Assembly: GCA_036745245.1 (NCBI GenBank)
Contig: DAIOGN010000002.1
Span: forward strand, 1-54,171
From: Candidatus Zixiibacteriota bacterium
GTDB lineage: Bacteria > Zixibacteria > MSB-5A5 > JAUVRN01
Length of the DNA stretch: 54,171 nt
Direction of reading: 5' to 3'
The translations under genes and the position numbers were made by a program. Below the pieces are notes generated by a model. It did no database searches. It was given only the letters and a program-made list of their open reading frames with translations, and was not told where the DNA came from. This document shows, in pieces, positions 1 to 9,777 of this stretch (position 1 is the first letter of the stretch; each line of letters begins with the position of its first letter).

Positions 1-2271
1 TTCTCCCGGCCGCTCCTCTGCAAGAAGTGTCGAACCCAGCCCGAGGAGCGCGATGGCCCGGTTGACGTGCCCTTCCGGCAGCGTGTGCGCGTGGTTGGCA
101 ATGGACTCTCGAAACAGCGAGTCCGCCTCGGCGAGTCGCCCGGCCTCCAGCATCACGGCGGCGAGGCTGCCCAGGTACGCCCCCACGAAATGGTGATCTT
201 CACCCACAATGCTGCGCATATGAGCCAGCCCCGTGCGTCGCAGTTCGATGGCTTCGTCGTACTTCCCCTGTTCGCGCAGCAGGATGGCAAGCGAGCCGGC
301 GGCTGCGATCGTGCCGAAATCCTCCCACCCCAGGAGCCTGATGTGCGTGGCCAGCGCTTCGCGCAGAAGCGGTTCCGCTTCCTCGAGCCGTCCCCGGATC
401 TGCAGCAAGCGACCAAAATGCACCTGCGTGTTGGCCTTGTTGATGTCGTCGGTGGACACCCGCTCCCACATGGCCAGCGCCTCTCGAAACAACACCTCGG
501 CCGAGTCCAGCTGGCCCTGGTGCCTCACCGCCGCGGCCAGATCGCTCAGGAAGGCCGCCACCAACGTGTCATCGCCATTTGCCAGTCTGCGGACGATCCC
601 CACGGCGCGGTGGTCACACACGGCGGCGCTGTCGTATTCGCCCAGGTCGTACAGCAGATTGCCCATTTCGTTGAGGCTCACGGCCACTTCGGGATGATCC
701 CAGCCATGCTGCGCCACCAGGAGATCGAGAGACTGCTGCAGAAGAGGCCGCGCGGCTTCGAGTTCGCCGAGCTGCTTGTAGGATCGACCGATCACGCCCA
801 GAGAGGTGGCCCGCAGTTCAGGCTGGCCGGTCAGCTGGGAGGCGATGCGATCGCGGCCCAGGTCCAGAAGCTCCTTCACCGTCAGGTCCGGCCCCTTGGA
901 CACATTCGGATCGGCCGCTTCGAACAGCGACGTCAGAAAGGCCGTCACCTGCCGCGCCTTGGCCGCTTCGGCGCGCGCCCGGTCACGCTCGTCGCCAAGC
1001 CGAACGCCATACACGACGGTGAGTGCCACGGTCACCACCAGGAACACCGCGGCCAGCGCCACCGCCAGACGATACCGGCTGGCGAACTTGCGTGTGCGAT
1101 ACCCCAGCGTGTCGGGCTGAGCGTGCACCGGCAGACGTTCCAGATGACGCTTTACGTCTTCCCCCAGCTCTCCCGCCGATTGGTAGCGACGTTCGCGCTC
1201 GGGCCTCAGGGCCATGAGGCAGATGGTGTCGAGGTCGCCGCGCAGTTTTCGATGCAGGCCCGACACGTCGGTGCGCCGCGCTGCGCACACGGCCGACAGT
1301 TTCGCGCTCGAGTCGGTCCCCTCGTGGCTTCGCCGCGATACCATGCGGCTGGGCCGTGTGGTCACCTGGCTCGGCGACGCGGCGGCCGAGGGTCCCGAGT
1401 CGGAATCACCCTGCGGCCGCTCGCCGGTAAGCAATTCGAACAACAGAACTCCCAGTGAGTACACATCGGAAGCCGTGGTCACCGGAGCGCCCTGCAACTG
1501 TTCCGGGCTGGCGTAGGCCGGCGTCATGGCGCGCATTCCCGTGCGCGTGAGTTGCGAATGGCCCTCGTGATCGCCTTCCGCATCGAGCCACTTGGCGATG
1601 CCGAAGTCGAGAAGTTTCACCGTGCGATCCGCGGCGATCAGGATGTTCCCCGGCTTGAGATCGCGGTGCACCACAAGGTTCTGGTGGGCGTACTGCACCG
1701 CCTCGCACACCGTGACGAACAGTTCCAGGCGCTCTTCCACTGAGAGCCGCTCCACGTCGCAGAACTCGGTGATGGGCGTCCCATCCACGTACTCCATGGC
1801 GATGTAGGGCTGGCCCGACTCGGTGGTGCCGCCGTCGATGAAACGGGCGATGCAGGGATGCTCGAGCTGCGCCAGAATGCGGCGCTCGTGAAGAAATCTC
1901 CGGAGCACATCTTCGGAATACATGCCGCGGCGGATGACCTTGATGGCTGCCTTCTGCACGAATCCGCCGCCCGTGCGTTCCGCCAGGTACACCGAACCCA
2001 TGCCGCCTGTGCCCAGGCGTCGAATCACGCGGAAGCCCCCGATGTGGTCCCCCGCCAGTTCGCTGTCGAGTAACCCTTCGAGGTGCACGAGGGCCGAGCG
2101 TCCAAGCACGGAAGGCGGACGGGCGTCGGCCGCCAGGAGCGCTTCTACTTCTCGCCGCAGCTCGGCATCCTCTCCGCACGCCGAATCGAGAAAGGCGCCG
2201 CGCTCCGACTCCGGCTGCTCCACGGCTCCCGCGAACACCTCCTGAATTCGCCCCCAGCGATCTCTGTCCAC
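1..2271 (-). CDS. Hanks-type Ser/Thr protein kinase with one TM helix and C-terminal TPR repeats (3' end runs off the window)
   Basis: Absent from the ORF track because there is no stop inside the window. Hand translation of the minus frame (codons in register 1-3, 4-6...) is open from 2271 to 1. GTG at 2269-2271 gives VDRDRWGRIQEVF. Kinase motifs: GTGGMGSVY, AIKV, HRDLKPGNIL, DFGIA, SPEQ. TM helix: LAVALAAVFLVVTVALTVVYGV. TPR-like repeats follow to the window edge. The + ORF 67..1458 is its codon-aligned antisense shadow. Confidence 0.85.
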   Translation of the reverse strand, partial: MDRDRWGRIQEVFAGAVEQPESERGAFLDSACGEDAELRREVEALLAADARPPSVLGRSALVHLEGLLDSELAGDHIGGFRVIRRLGTGGMGSVYLAERTGGGFVQKAAIKVIRRGMYSEDVLRRFLHERRILAQLEHPCIARFIDGGTTESGQPYIAMEYVDGTPITEFCDVERLSVEERLELFVTVCEAVQYAHQNLVVHRDLKPGNILIAADRTVKLLDFGIAKWLDAEGDHEGHSQLTRTGMRAMTPAYASPEQLQGAPVTTASDVYSLGVLLFELLTGERPQGDSDSGPSAAASPSQVTTRPSRMVSRRSHEGTDSSAKLSAVCAARRTDVSGLHRKLRGDLDTICLMALRPERERRYQSAGELGEDVKRHLERLPVHAQPDTLGYRTRKFASRYRLAVALAAVFLVVTVALTVVYGVRLGDERDRARAEAAKARQVTAFLTSLFEAADPNVSKGPDLTVKELLDLGRDRIASQLTGQPELRATSLGVIGRSYKQLGELEAARPLLQQSLDLLVAQHGWDHPEVAVSLNEMGNLLYDLGEYDSAAVCDHRAVGIVRRLANGDDTLVAAFLSDLAAAVRHQGQLDSAEVLFREALAMWERVSTDDINKANTQVHFGRLLQIRGRLEEAEPLLREALATHIRLLGWEDFGTIAAAGSLAILLREQGKYDEAIELRRTGLAHMRSIVGEDHHFVGAYLGSLAAVMLEAGRLAEADSLFRESIANHAHTLPEGHVNRAIALLGLGSTLLAEERPGE

Positions 2272-2280
2272 GACCCGGCC

Positions 2281-2841
2281 TTAGTGAGGGATCTGCGTGC
2301 CCAGCCAGGCGCGCGCGGCACGCCAGTCACGGCCCACGGTGGGTTCGGAGACGTCCAGCAAAAGCGCGATCTCCTGGTGAGTGAGACCGCCGAAGAAATG
2401 GAATTCCACCACGGCGGCCTGACGTGCATCGAGGGCTCGCAACCGCATGAGCGCTTCATCCAGCGCCACCAGCTCTTCGGGCCGCACGAGTTCGCCGTGC
2501 AGTTCGTCGCTCAACGTTACGCGTTCGGGGCCGGCCCCGCGTTTCTCCGCGAGTCGCGCACGTGCATAGTCCACGAGGATCCGCCGCATGGCCTGCGCCG
2601 CCACGCCCACGAAGTGTGCGCGGTTCTGCCATGAGGCCCGCTGACCCACCAGCTTCATGTAGGCTTCGTGTACCAGCGCTGTGGTGTTGAGCGTGTGACC
2701 GGAGCGTTCAGCCCGAAGCTGACGGTGAGCCACGTCCTTGAGGTGCTCGTAGACAAGCGGCAGAAGCGCATCCAGCGCGGCTTTGTCGCCCCGCTCCAGG
2801 CGACCGAGGAGAACCGTGATCTGGCCCTGCAGCTCAGCCAC
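2281..2841 (-). CDS. ECF-type sigma-70 family RNA polymerase sigma factor (kinase-linked type)
   Basis: 186 aa, GTG start. Region 2-like ALVHEAYMKL. Region 4 HTH LTHQEIALLLDVSEPTVGRDWRAARAWL. Lies 9 nt upstream of the kinase gene and in the same reading frame. Confidence 0.9.
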   Translation of the reverse strand: MAELQGQITVLLGRLERGDKAALDALLPLVYEHLKDVAHRQLRAERSGHTLNTTALVHEAYMKLVGQRASWQNRAHFVGVAAQAMRRILVDYARARLAEKRGAGPERVTLSDELHGELVRPEELVALDEALMRLRALDARQAAVVEFHFFGGLTHQEIALLLDVSEPTVGRDWRAARAWLGTQIPH

Positions 2842-3135
2842 GAAGCTCGCCTGTGAGAGAGTTCAAGCAAATCCGGAACAAACGTTTACAGCGGCAGGGC
2901 CGCACGCGCATGGGAGGGTCTCCGCCACAGGCTCCGGGAATCCCACGAAGCCGTGATTGAATGGCTCAGATTTCCTCGCGTAGGGTAGAGGCGTAATGCG
3001 CCCGAGCGCAACGCCCAAAACCAGAGGACAACCCCATCCCCAGGATTCACCTCGCAGGACTTCTACGAGTTGCAGCACGCCCCACCGCACGCTACCATAA
3101 GGAACTCCAACCTTCTTCCGGGGTATGAGGACGAA

Positions 3136-3564
3136 ATGAAACTCGGTCAGATTCTGTTTGGCGGAACCGTGATTCCTGGGTGGGCGGCCAACGTCGGCCT
3201 GTTTGTGCTGCGCACCGTAACGGGACTCGCACTGGCCTTTGGTCATGGCCTGGGGAAACTGCCACCGAGCGAGCGTTTCATTGCCGGCGTGACTGAGATG
3301 GGCTTTCCCGCGCCCGCACTCTTCGCCTGGGCCGCCGGACTCTCCGAACTGGCCGGCGGGATCCTCCTGGCGCTCGGTCTGGCCACTCGACCGTCGTCGT
3401 TTTTCATCATGGTCACCATGCTGGTGGCGCTGTTGATCAGGCACGCGCCCGACCCGTTTGCCACCAAGGAAAAGGCCCTGCTCTACGCGGCGGTGGCGTT
3501 TCTGCTGCTTCTGGCAGGCGCCGGCAAATACTCTGTGGATGCTCTGGTGACCCGACGGAAGTAA
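3136..3564 (+). CDS. DoxX family membrane protein
   Basis: ATG at 3136 is in frame with track ORF 3070..3564. Four hydrophobic helices with a DoxX-like pattern (GLFVLRTVTGLALAFGHGLGKL, AGGILLALGLATR, AGAGKYSVD). Confidence 0.75.
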   Translation: MKLGQILFGGTVIPGWAANVGLFVLRTVTGLALAFGHGLGKLPPSERFIAGVTEMGFPAPALFAWAAGLSELAGGILLALGLATRPSSFFIMVTMLVALLIRHAPDPFATKEKALLYAAVAFLLLLAGAGKYSVDALVTRRK

Positions 3565-3567
3565 TCG

Positions 3568-5058
3568 TCAGGCGGCGCGGACGCCGGCGTGTTCGGTACG
3601 GCCCGTACTGAGTTTGTGAAGCACCGCACTCACTTCACGTAGATCCGAGAGCCGGGTCGCCGGGTCCTTCACCAGCATTCGATCGATCAGTTCGCTCAAC
3701 TCCGCCGGCACGTCCGGGCGCTTGTCGATCAGCCTTGGCGGTGGCTGCGTGATGTGCTGCGCCAGGACGCTGCCCGGATCGCCGACAAACGGCGTGACTC
3801 CCGCCACCAATTCGAACAGTGTCACGGCCAGCGAATACACGTCGGCGCTGGCTTCCGCAGGCAGGCCCTGAGCCTGTTCGGGGCTCATGTAGGGTGCGGA
3901 TCCGAGAATCGTTCCCGACTGAGTAAGTGCCACGGCTCCAGCCAGCCGGGCCAGGCCGAAGTCGGTAATCTTCGGCGTGCCCCCGAATCCCATGAGTACA
4001 TTGGCGGGCTTGAAGTCGCGATGAACCACTCCCCGCAGATGCGCGTGATTCAACGCGTCGGCGCAGAGGGTTCCGAGTCGCGCCGCCTCCGTCACGGGGA
4101 GCGGTCCGGTGGTGCGAAGATACGCAGCCAGGTCTCCACCTTCCACGTACTCGAGCACGATCCACACGCGCCCGTGCTCGGCTACGAGATCGTACACCTG
4201 CACGATGCCCGGGTGCGACAGCGTGGCCAGCGCCTTCGCTTCCTGATGGAATCGCGACTTGAAGTCCTGACCCAGCGCCGGCCCCTCAGGCAATCCCTTG
4301 ATGGCCACCTTTCTTCCCAACTTGGTGTCCACGCCAACGTACACCATACCCATGCCGCCCTGACCGAGGGGACGGTCCAGCTGATAGCGGCCGCTCGTGC
4401 CCACCGTGTACCCGCTGTCGGAACGAAACGTCGACTGAAACGCACGACGAGTGCGCTGCCAGAGATTCTCCCGAAGCGGCTCGGACTCGACAGACGTGTA
4501 GCCCTTCTGAACCGACTCCGAGATCGCCTGCCGAATTTTTTCTTCCAGCCCCTTTTCGTCGCGAGGATCCGCCGCGAGGGCGAGCGCGCTCCTATATAGG
4601 AGGAGGCTCTTCTGAGGGCTGTCGCCGAGCATCGAGTCTGCCTTTCGCTCGCTGCGCCCGGACCGCTTCGCCGCGTCCCCCATCCCTCTCGGGATGTGCA
4701 GCCACAGAAGCACAAAGCAGAGCAGGCCCGAGCCCGTCCACAACGTGAAGAGCATCGAATCCGCCATGGCCTCGGCCTTCGGGTTGCCGTTTTTCAGAAC
4801 GGCGAGCGGTCCCTTCGGTTTGGAGTGCACCAGACCGGCAACACCTCGAGCCACGGGTGGCACGATGAAGAGCATGAGAAGGAGAGTTACGAAGGCTGTC
4901 GCGTGAACGAGAGTGGCCGACTTCAGGATGTGCCAGCCAAGCGATGGCTTGCGCCACAGAGCCGGAAGGTACGACGCCGACCGGCGGCTGTGTTCGAGAA
5001 ACCACTTCGCCGCGCTGCGAAGGTGATTTTTCCAGGGGAACTCCCGCAAACTGGCCAC
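3568..5058 (-). CDS. Membrane Ser/Thr protein kinase with the catalytic domain at the C-terminus
   Basis: 496-aa ORF. GQGGMGMVY, VAIKGL, HRDFKPANVL, DFGLA, SPEQ lie in the last ~270 aa. Two hydrophobic segments lie in the N-terminal 120 aa. G/C-rich third positions persist through the N-terminal part. Confidence 0.8.
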   Translation of the reverse strand: MASLREFPWKNHLRSAAKWFLEHSRRSASYLPALWRKPSLGWHILKSATLVHATAFVTLLLMLFIVPPVARGVAGLVHSKPKGPLAVLKNGNPKAEAMADSMLFTLWTGSGLLCFVLLWLHIPRGMGDAAKRSGRSERKADSMLGDSPQKSLLLYRSALALAADPRDEKGLEEKIRQAISESVQKGYTSVESEPLRENLWQRTRRAFQSTFRSDSGYTVGTSGRYQLDRPLGQGGMGMVYVGVDTKLGRKVAIKGLPEGPALGQDFKSRFHQEAKALATLSHPGIVQVYDLVAEHGRVWIVLEYVEGGDLAAYLRTTGPLPVTEAARLGTLCADALNHAHLRGVVHRDFKPANVLMGFGGTPKITDFGLARLAGAVALTQSGTILGSAPYMSPEQAQGLPAEASADVYSLAVTLFELVAGVTPFVGDPGSVLAQHITQPPPRLIDKRPDVPAELSELIDRMLVKDPATRLSDLREVSAVLHKLSTGRTEHAGVRAA

Positions 5059-5126
5059 GGTTGGAGTATCGGCAGCCGGCGCGGCGGCGTTTACAAAATG
5101 CGAACTGCCCCTGGCGGGACCCCCCT

Positions 5127-5909
5127 CTACAACAGCACCTGCACCAGCAACATCCCGCAGAAACCGAGGGTGAACGCCCAGGCCAGCTTAGGCGGCGAGG
5201 TGTCCTGGAGAGCGTGGGGCACAAGCTCCAGGAATACCAGGTAGATCATGGCGCCGGCCGCAAAACCCATGAGCACCGGCATGAGCGGCCTGGCCAGCCA
5301 GGACAGAATGCTGGCCGGCACCGCGGCCACGGGCTGAGGCACGCTGGTAAGGAAGGCGGCCCAGAAGCAGCGCCCCATGGAAGCTCCGCCCGCGCGCATG
5401 GGAATGGCCACGGCCAGACCCTCGGGGATGTTGTGAATGGCGATGGCCAGCGCGATGTAGTTACCCAGGTGCGTGTCATAAGCTGCTTCCGAAGCGTAGC
5501 CCACGCCCACGGCCACTCCTTCCGGGATGCTGTGCACCGCCATGGCCACAAAGATCAGAATCTGCGAGCGCGAGCCCAGCCTGGTCCAGGGGCCGCGTTC
5601 CAACCGCTCGGGAGACAGGTAAAGATCCGTGTACCATAAGAACGCCGCACCCAGCAGGATGCCGAGGATCACGGGCGCAACGCTGGCGAGCGTCACATGG
5701 CTCGCCGTGAGCGTGAGTCCGGGCAGGATGAGATTGTACACCGACGCAGCGAACATCAGTCCACCGGCCACGCCATAGGCCACGCCCGTGCGGCGCTGGA
5801 GACCGAGCCGCGCGAATCCAAGTGGCAACGCGCCCAGACCGCAGGCGACGCTCGCGAGCAATCCAGCCACCAGGCTCTTGATCACGAATGGGGGCAGCAA
5901 GTGTGACAT
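5127..5909 (-). CDS. zupT: ZIP family divalent metal (zinc) transporter, ZupT-like
   Basis: 260 aa, polytopic. Duplicated HSIPEGVAVG / HNIPEGLAVA metal-binding helices typical of ZupT/ZIP. Confidence 0.8.
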   Translation of the reverse strand: MSHLLPPFVIKSLVAGLLASVACGLGALPLGFARLGLQRRTGVAYGVAGGLMFAASVYNLILPGLTLTASHVTLASVAPVILGILLGAAFLWYTDLYLSPERLERGPWTRLGSRSQILIFVAMAVHSIPEGVAVGVGYASEAAYDTHLGNYIALAIAIHNIPEGLAVAIPMRAGGASMGRCFWAAFLTSVPQPVAAVPASILSWLARPLMPVLMGFAAGAMIYLVFLELVPHALQDTSPPKLAWAFTLGFCGMLLVQVLL

Positions 5910-6137
5910 CCTCCGTGAAGCGCACAGGGAATGTAGGAGCGCTCGAACCTGCGCGCACGATCAAACCGATGCGCGTGCCACTTGAGGTGAGGATCGGGCA
6001 ACAGAGTTAGGGTGTACTAACAACCCGACCGGTTGCACTCAGGTTGTGATGTAGGTGCGGGTGATGTGATGGAAGTGCTGCGTGGCGGGTGGCAATATGC
6101 GCGTGGTGTTGAGGGACTACTCACAGAAAGGAATCTC

Positions 6138-7565
6138 ATGAACACTTCGCGCATCACAGGCACCGTTTTGTCCTGCACCGTATCACTCGTGCTGGTGTGC
6201 AGCGCGTCGCGGGTGCAGGCCGACGAACCCGTCACGCCTCGTACCGGCTGGGACGGCCACTTCGATTATGTGATCACCGGCGCCACTCTTGCCATCGACA
6301 CCGACGCCGATGGCAACGTCGATAGCCTCCTCCAGCCTGCTCCGCTGCCCATGTCCACGGGTCACTGGCCTGCGGGTGCCACCCCTGAAAGGGCCTATCT
6401 CTACTGGGGAGGCACTCGAACGCAGCCCCCCGCGGGGGCCACGCCAACGCCCGACAGCACGCTGTCGCTGGTGGCTCCCGGCGGCGATTCGGCAGAGGTT
6501 CGAGCCGACGCGTGTTACTACTCCGATGGCGGAGCCGCCGCCTACGACGTGTGGGTGTGCCGCGCCGATGTAACGCACCTGTTCCTCGCCACGGCCAATC
6601 CGTGGGGTGGTGCGTGGCTCCTGTCCGGCTATGAAGGCCTTGTCAACGACAACGCCTCCGATCACGCGGCCGCGGCGCTCGTGCTGGTGGCGGAGCATGT
6701 GAGCTTTCCGATGCGCCGCATCACGTTGTTCGACGGTAACAGAACGGTTCAGTCATCTGCCGACACGCTGGTCTGGGTGGCGCCCGGGCCGGTGGTGGCC
6801 GGCAGCCTCACGTTCTTCACGCTCGAAGGCGATCCGGGGGCGAGTTCCAGCGAAAAGGTCGTGGTTACTGCGCCCGGCGGATCGCCGCTTTCGTTGAGCG
6901 ATTCGCTCAATCCCGTGAACAACCCCATGAACCAAACCATCAACACCACGCTGCCTCCGCAAACCGGCACCATTGGCGTCGACATCGATCGATACTCCAT
7001 CGACAGCGCGCTCACAGGCGCCGACACGAGCGTGCAGGTGATCTTCTCCGGGGGATCCGACAAGTGGTGGCTCGCGGCGTTCGTGCTCGCGGGGGAGTTG
7101 GTCCAGCTCGCCGATTCCGACGCCGACGGAGTGGCCGATTCGCTCGACAACTGCCCTCTCACCGCCAATGCGTCGCAACTCGATTCCGATGGCGACAGCT
7201 TTGGTGCCGCCTGCGACTGCAACGACTCGAATCCGGCCGTGCATCCGGCGGCCGCCGAACTCTGCAACGGCCTCGATAACAACTGCGACGGTACCACCGA
7301 CCCGGGCTGTTGCTCCATTGCCGTACCGGGAGACGCCGACCTCACGGGCCAGGTCACCTCATCCGACATCATCAAGCTGGTAAACTTTCTCTATCGAACC
7401 GGTGCGCCTCCTTCGCCGTGCCTCACCAACGGCGACGTCAACTGCGACGGCAAGGTCAACCCGGAGGATGTGGTCTATGAAGTGACGTATGTGTTCAAGG
7501 GCGGGCCGGCTCCCTGCGACGTGTGTCGCGACAGCCCTATCGTGTGCGTGCCGAGCGTTCTATGA
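6138..7565 (+). CDS. Secreted protein with thrombospondin type-3-like Ca-binding repeats, a CxxLDNNCDG motif and a C-terminal six-Cys dockerin-like module
   Basis: ATG 6138 preceded by AAAGGAA. Signal peptide MNTSRITGTVLSCTVSLVLVCSASRVQA. DSDADGVADSLDNCP...DSDGD repeats. Module at 7308..7562 (GDADLTGQVTSSDIIKLVNF...GDVNCDGKVNPEDVV...VFKGGPAPCDVC). Confidence 0.85.
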   Translation: MNTSRITGTVLSCTVSLVLVCSASRVQADEPVTPRTGWDGHFDYVITGATLAIDTDADGNVDSLLQPAPLPMSTGHWPAGATPERAYLYWGGTRTQPPAGATPTPDSTLSLVAPGGDSAEVRADACYYSDGGAAAYDVWVCRADVTHLFLATANPWGGAWLLSGYEGLVNDNASDHAAAALVLVAEHVSFPMRRITLFDGNRTVQSSADTLVWVAPGPVVAGSLTFFTLEGDPGASSSEKVVVTAPGGSPLSLSDSLNPVNNPMNQTINTTLPPQTGTIGVDIDRYSIDSALTGADTSVQVIFSGGSDKWWLAAFVLAGELVQLADSDADGVADSLDNCPLTANASQLDSDGDSFGAACDCNDSNPAVHPAAAELCNGLDNNCDGTTDPGCCSIAVPGDADLTGQVTSSDIIKLVNFLYRTGAPPSPCLTNGDVNCDGKVNPEDVVYEVTYVFKGGPAPCDVCRDSPIVCVPSVL

Positions 7566-7593
7566 CCCAGGCTGCTCCGCGCCCGGGCGCACG

Positions 7594-7710
7594 CTACTGC
7601 GGCAGCGCCCAGGGCGCGGGCTCGGGAAGCGAAAGAAAAATCACCGCGAGAACCACCACCACGGCCAGCGTGATCACCAGGGTCCGGTCGATGCCGAAGA
7701 TTGTCTTCAT
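7594..7710 (-). CDS. Possible 38-aa single-TM small protein
   Basis: Below the track threshold. Hand translation gives MKTIFGIDRTLVITLAVVVVLAVIFLSLPEPAPWALPQ*. Starts 20 nt after the Hsp20 stop. No clear Shine-Dalgarno sequence. Confidence 0.25.
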   Translation of the reverse strand: MKTIFGIDRTLVITLAVVVVLAVIFLSLPEPAPWALPQ

Positions 7711-7730
7711 GGGGCCGGAATATGCGGCCC

Positions 7731-8291
7731 TCAGGCCTCGCTGTAAAGCCTGGGGATTTCGATGCGTAGTCTGCCGTTTTCGTAGTGCGATGTCATTCCG
7801 TCGGGCTGCACCGGCTCGGGCAGGCTGAAGCTGGTGGAATAGCTGGATGAACTGCGGCTGGTCGATACTACGCGCCCTGTCGCGTCCCGCTCCTCCTGGA
7901 TCGTCTCCTGCTCACCTGTCACGCGCAGGCTCTGGCGCTCCGCTTCAATCTGTAGGGAAGCTTCGTTCAGGTTGGGTACCGACAGTTCGATCACCAGCCG
8001 GTCCGACTCGGTTTCGATTTGAATGTCCCCGGCCGCACCCGGCAATGGCAGGATCGGATCGAGAGGGTGTATCGTTCCGGTGGGGGGCGGCAGAGCCACC
8101 CCGGGGTCCCGCTTCCCAGGCTGTGTCTGGGCCAGGGCCTCGGGATCGAGGGTGGTAAGCCCGCTGCCTTTGGAACGGCTGCGGGCGAAGTCTTTTCTGG
8201 CTCCCCACGCCCAGCCAAGAGTTCCGATCACGGCCAGGGCGAGTGCCAGGTTCAGGGCCAGCTTCCAGTGAGTTCGCAGACTAATTGCCAT
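7731..8291 (-). CDS. Hsp20/alpha-crystallin family small heat-shock protein with an N-terminal membrane anchor
   Basis: TM segment LALNLALALAVIGTLGWAWG. C-terminal alpha-crystallin pattern (LVIELSVPNL..., FSLPEPVQPDGMTSHYENGRLRIEIPR). Confidence 0.8.
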   Translation of the reverse strand: MAISLRTHWKLALNLALALAVIGTLGWAWGARKDFARSRSKGSGLTTLDPEALAQTQPGKRDPGVALPPPTGTIHPLDPILPLPGAAGDIQIETESDRLVIELSVPNLNEASLQIEAERQSLRVTGEQETIQEERDATGRVVSTSRSSSSYSTSFSLPEPVQPDGMTSHYENGRLRIEIPRLYSEA

Positions 8292-8414
8292 GTAAGCCTC
8301 CTCCGGCGGGTGTACGCTCGGGATCCGCGACTGGTTTCAACCCTCCCGCGATCCGGGGGGGCCCAGCGTAAGCCGGTTGACGGGAACAGCTTCGAGGTCG
8401 TACACTCCTCCGCC

Positions 8415-9695
8415 ATGGCCTCCCCTACCAACACCTTCCTCTGGGGGGTCGCCTCCTCGGCCTTCCAGTACGAAGGGGGCATCACCAACGACATGACAGA
8501 ATGGGAAGCGCAGGGCGGCTTCCGCCAGAACGGCTGCGACCCCAGATACAGCCGGGCCAACAGCCACTGGGAGTTGTGGGAAGACGACTATCGCCGCCTC
8601 CACGACCTCGGCGTCAACGCCTACCGTTTCTCTCTGGAGTGGTCACGTATCGAACCGGAGCGAGGACGCTTCGACGGCGCAGCGCTCGATCGCTATGAGC
8701 GCCAGGTCGAGCGGTTGCTGGAGTACGGCATCGAACCCATCCTCACGCTGCACCATTTCACTCATCCGTGCTGGTTCCACAAACAAACTCCCTGGCACTC
8801 GCCTGATTCGGTTCACGCTTTCGCCGGGTTTGTCGAGGCTGTCGTGTCGCGACTGGGACCCCTGGTCCGGCGCTACGTCACGCTCAACGAACCTCTCCCC
8901 TGGGCCGTCGCGGCCTACGGCGATGCGCGCTTCCCACCCGGCACCAAAGACCTGGGGCAGATGATGAAGGCCGTGGGCCGGCTGCTAGCAGCGCACCGTG
9001 AGGCCTACGAGCGCATCCACAGCCTGCGATCCGACGCATTGGTGGGCATCGCGCATTCATGCGTACATTTCGCCCCGAGTCGCGCCTGGCACCCGCTCGA
9101 TCGCGGGCTGTCCAGCCGCATCGACACCTTCTTCAACGACATGCTGCCGCGCGCGCTGCACACGGGTGTCCTGCGGATGCACTTCCCCACGCTGGTGGAC
9201 TACGAGGAAGTTCAGCCGGCCGGCAACATCGACTTCTGGGGCGTGAACTACTATTACCGCCTGCACGTCCGCTTCCGGCTGCGCCGTGATCGCCCATTCG
9301 AACTCCTGTGCGACAACCGCCGCGGCATCGGCACCACCGACATGGGCTGGGAGATCTACCCGGAGGGTCTGGAGCATTCGGTGCGCCGCATGGCGCGTCA
9401 TGGCAAACCTGTGCTCATCACCGAAAACGGCATCGCCACCGAAGACGACGAGCTGCGGCAGCGTTTCCTGCGCGAACACCTGGCTGTGGTCGAAAAGCTG
9501 CGCGAGGGCGGGGTGCGCCTCGAAGGCTACCTTTACTGGTCGCTCCTCGACAACTATGAGTGGCTGGTGGGGGAGAAAGCCCGATTCGGGCTGTATAACG
9601 TGCAGTACGACAACGGATTTGGCCGGGAACTCCGCACCAGTGGCGACTTCTACGCCGGCTATATTCGCCGCCAGATCGAATCAAGCCGCGCCTGA
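8415..9695 (+). CDS. Glycoside hydrolase family 1 beta-glucosidase
   Basis: ATG 8415 is in frame with track ORF 8019..9695. FLWGVASSAFQYEG, acid/base LNEP, nucleophile ITENG, YWSLLDNYEW. Confidence 0.9.
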   Translation: MASPTNTFLWGVASSAFQYEGGITNDMTEWEAQGGFRQNGCDPRYSRANSHWELWEDDYRRLHDLGVNAYRFSLEWSRIEPERGRFDGAALDRYERQVERLLEYGIEPILTLHHFTHPCWFHKQTPWHSPDSVHAFAGFVEAVVSRLGPLVRRYVTLNEPLPWAVAAYGDARFPPGTKDLGQMMKAVGRLLAAHREAYERIHSLRSDALVGIAHSCVHFAPSRAWHPLDRGLSSRIDTFFNDMLPRALHTGVLRMHFPTLVDYEEVQPAGNIDFWGVNYYYRLHVRFRLRRDRPFELLCDNRRGIGTTDMGWEIYPEGLEHSVRRMARHGKPVLITENGIATEDDELRQRFLREHLAVVEKLREGGVRLEGYLYWSLLDNYEWLVGEKARFGLYNVQYDNGFGRELRTSGDFYAGYIRRQIESSRA

Positions 9696-9777
9696 TCCTG
9701 TTACACGTTCTTAACAGTCCCAAAATCAAGTCCTAACAGGCCCCACCGACACTCTCCCACGAGGTGGGGAATTATAT

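Noticed and set aside
67-1458. 463-aa + strand ORF
   Set aside because: It is the codon-aligned antisense shadow of the minus-strand kinase/TPR gene. Its sequence is Arg/Gly/His/Gln-rich nonsense with no motifs.
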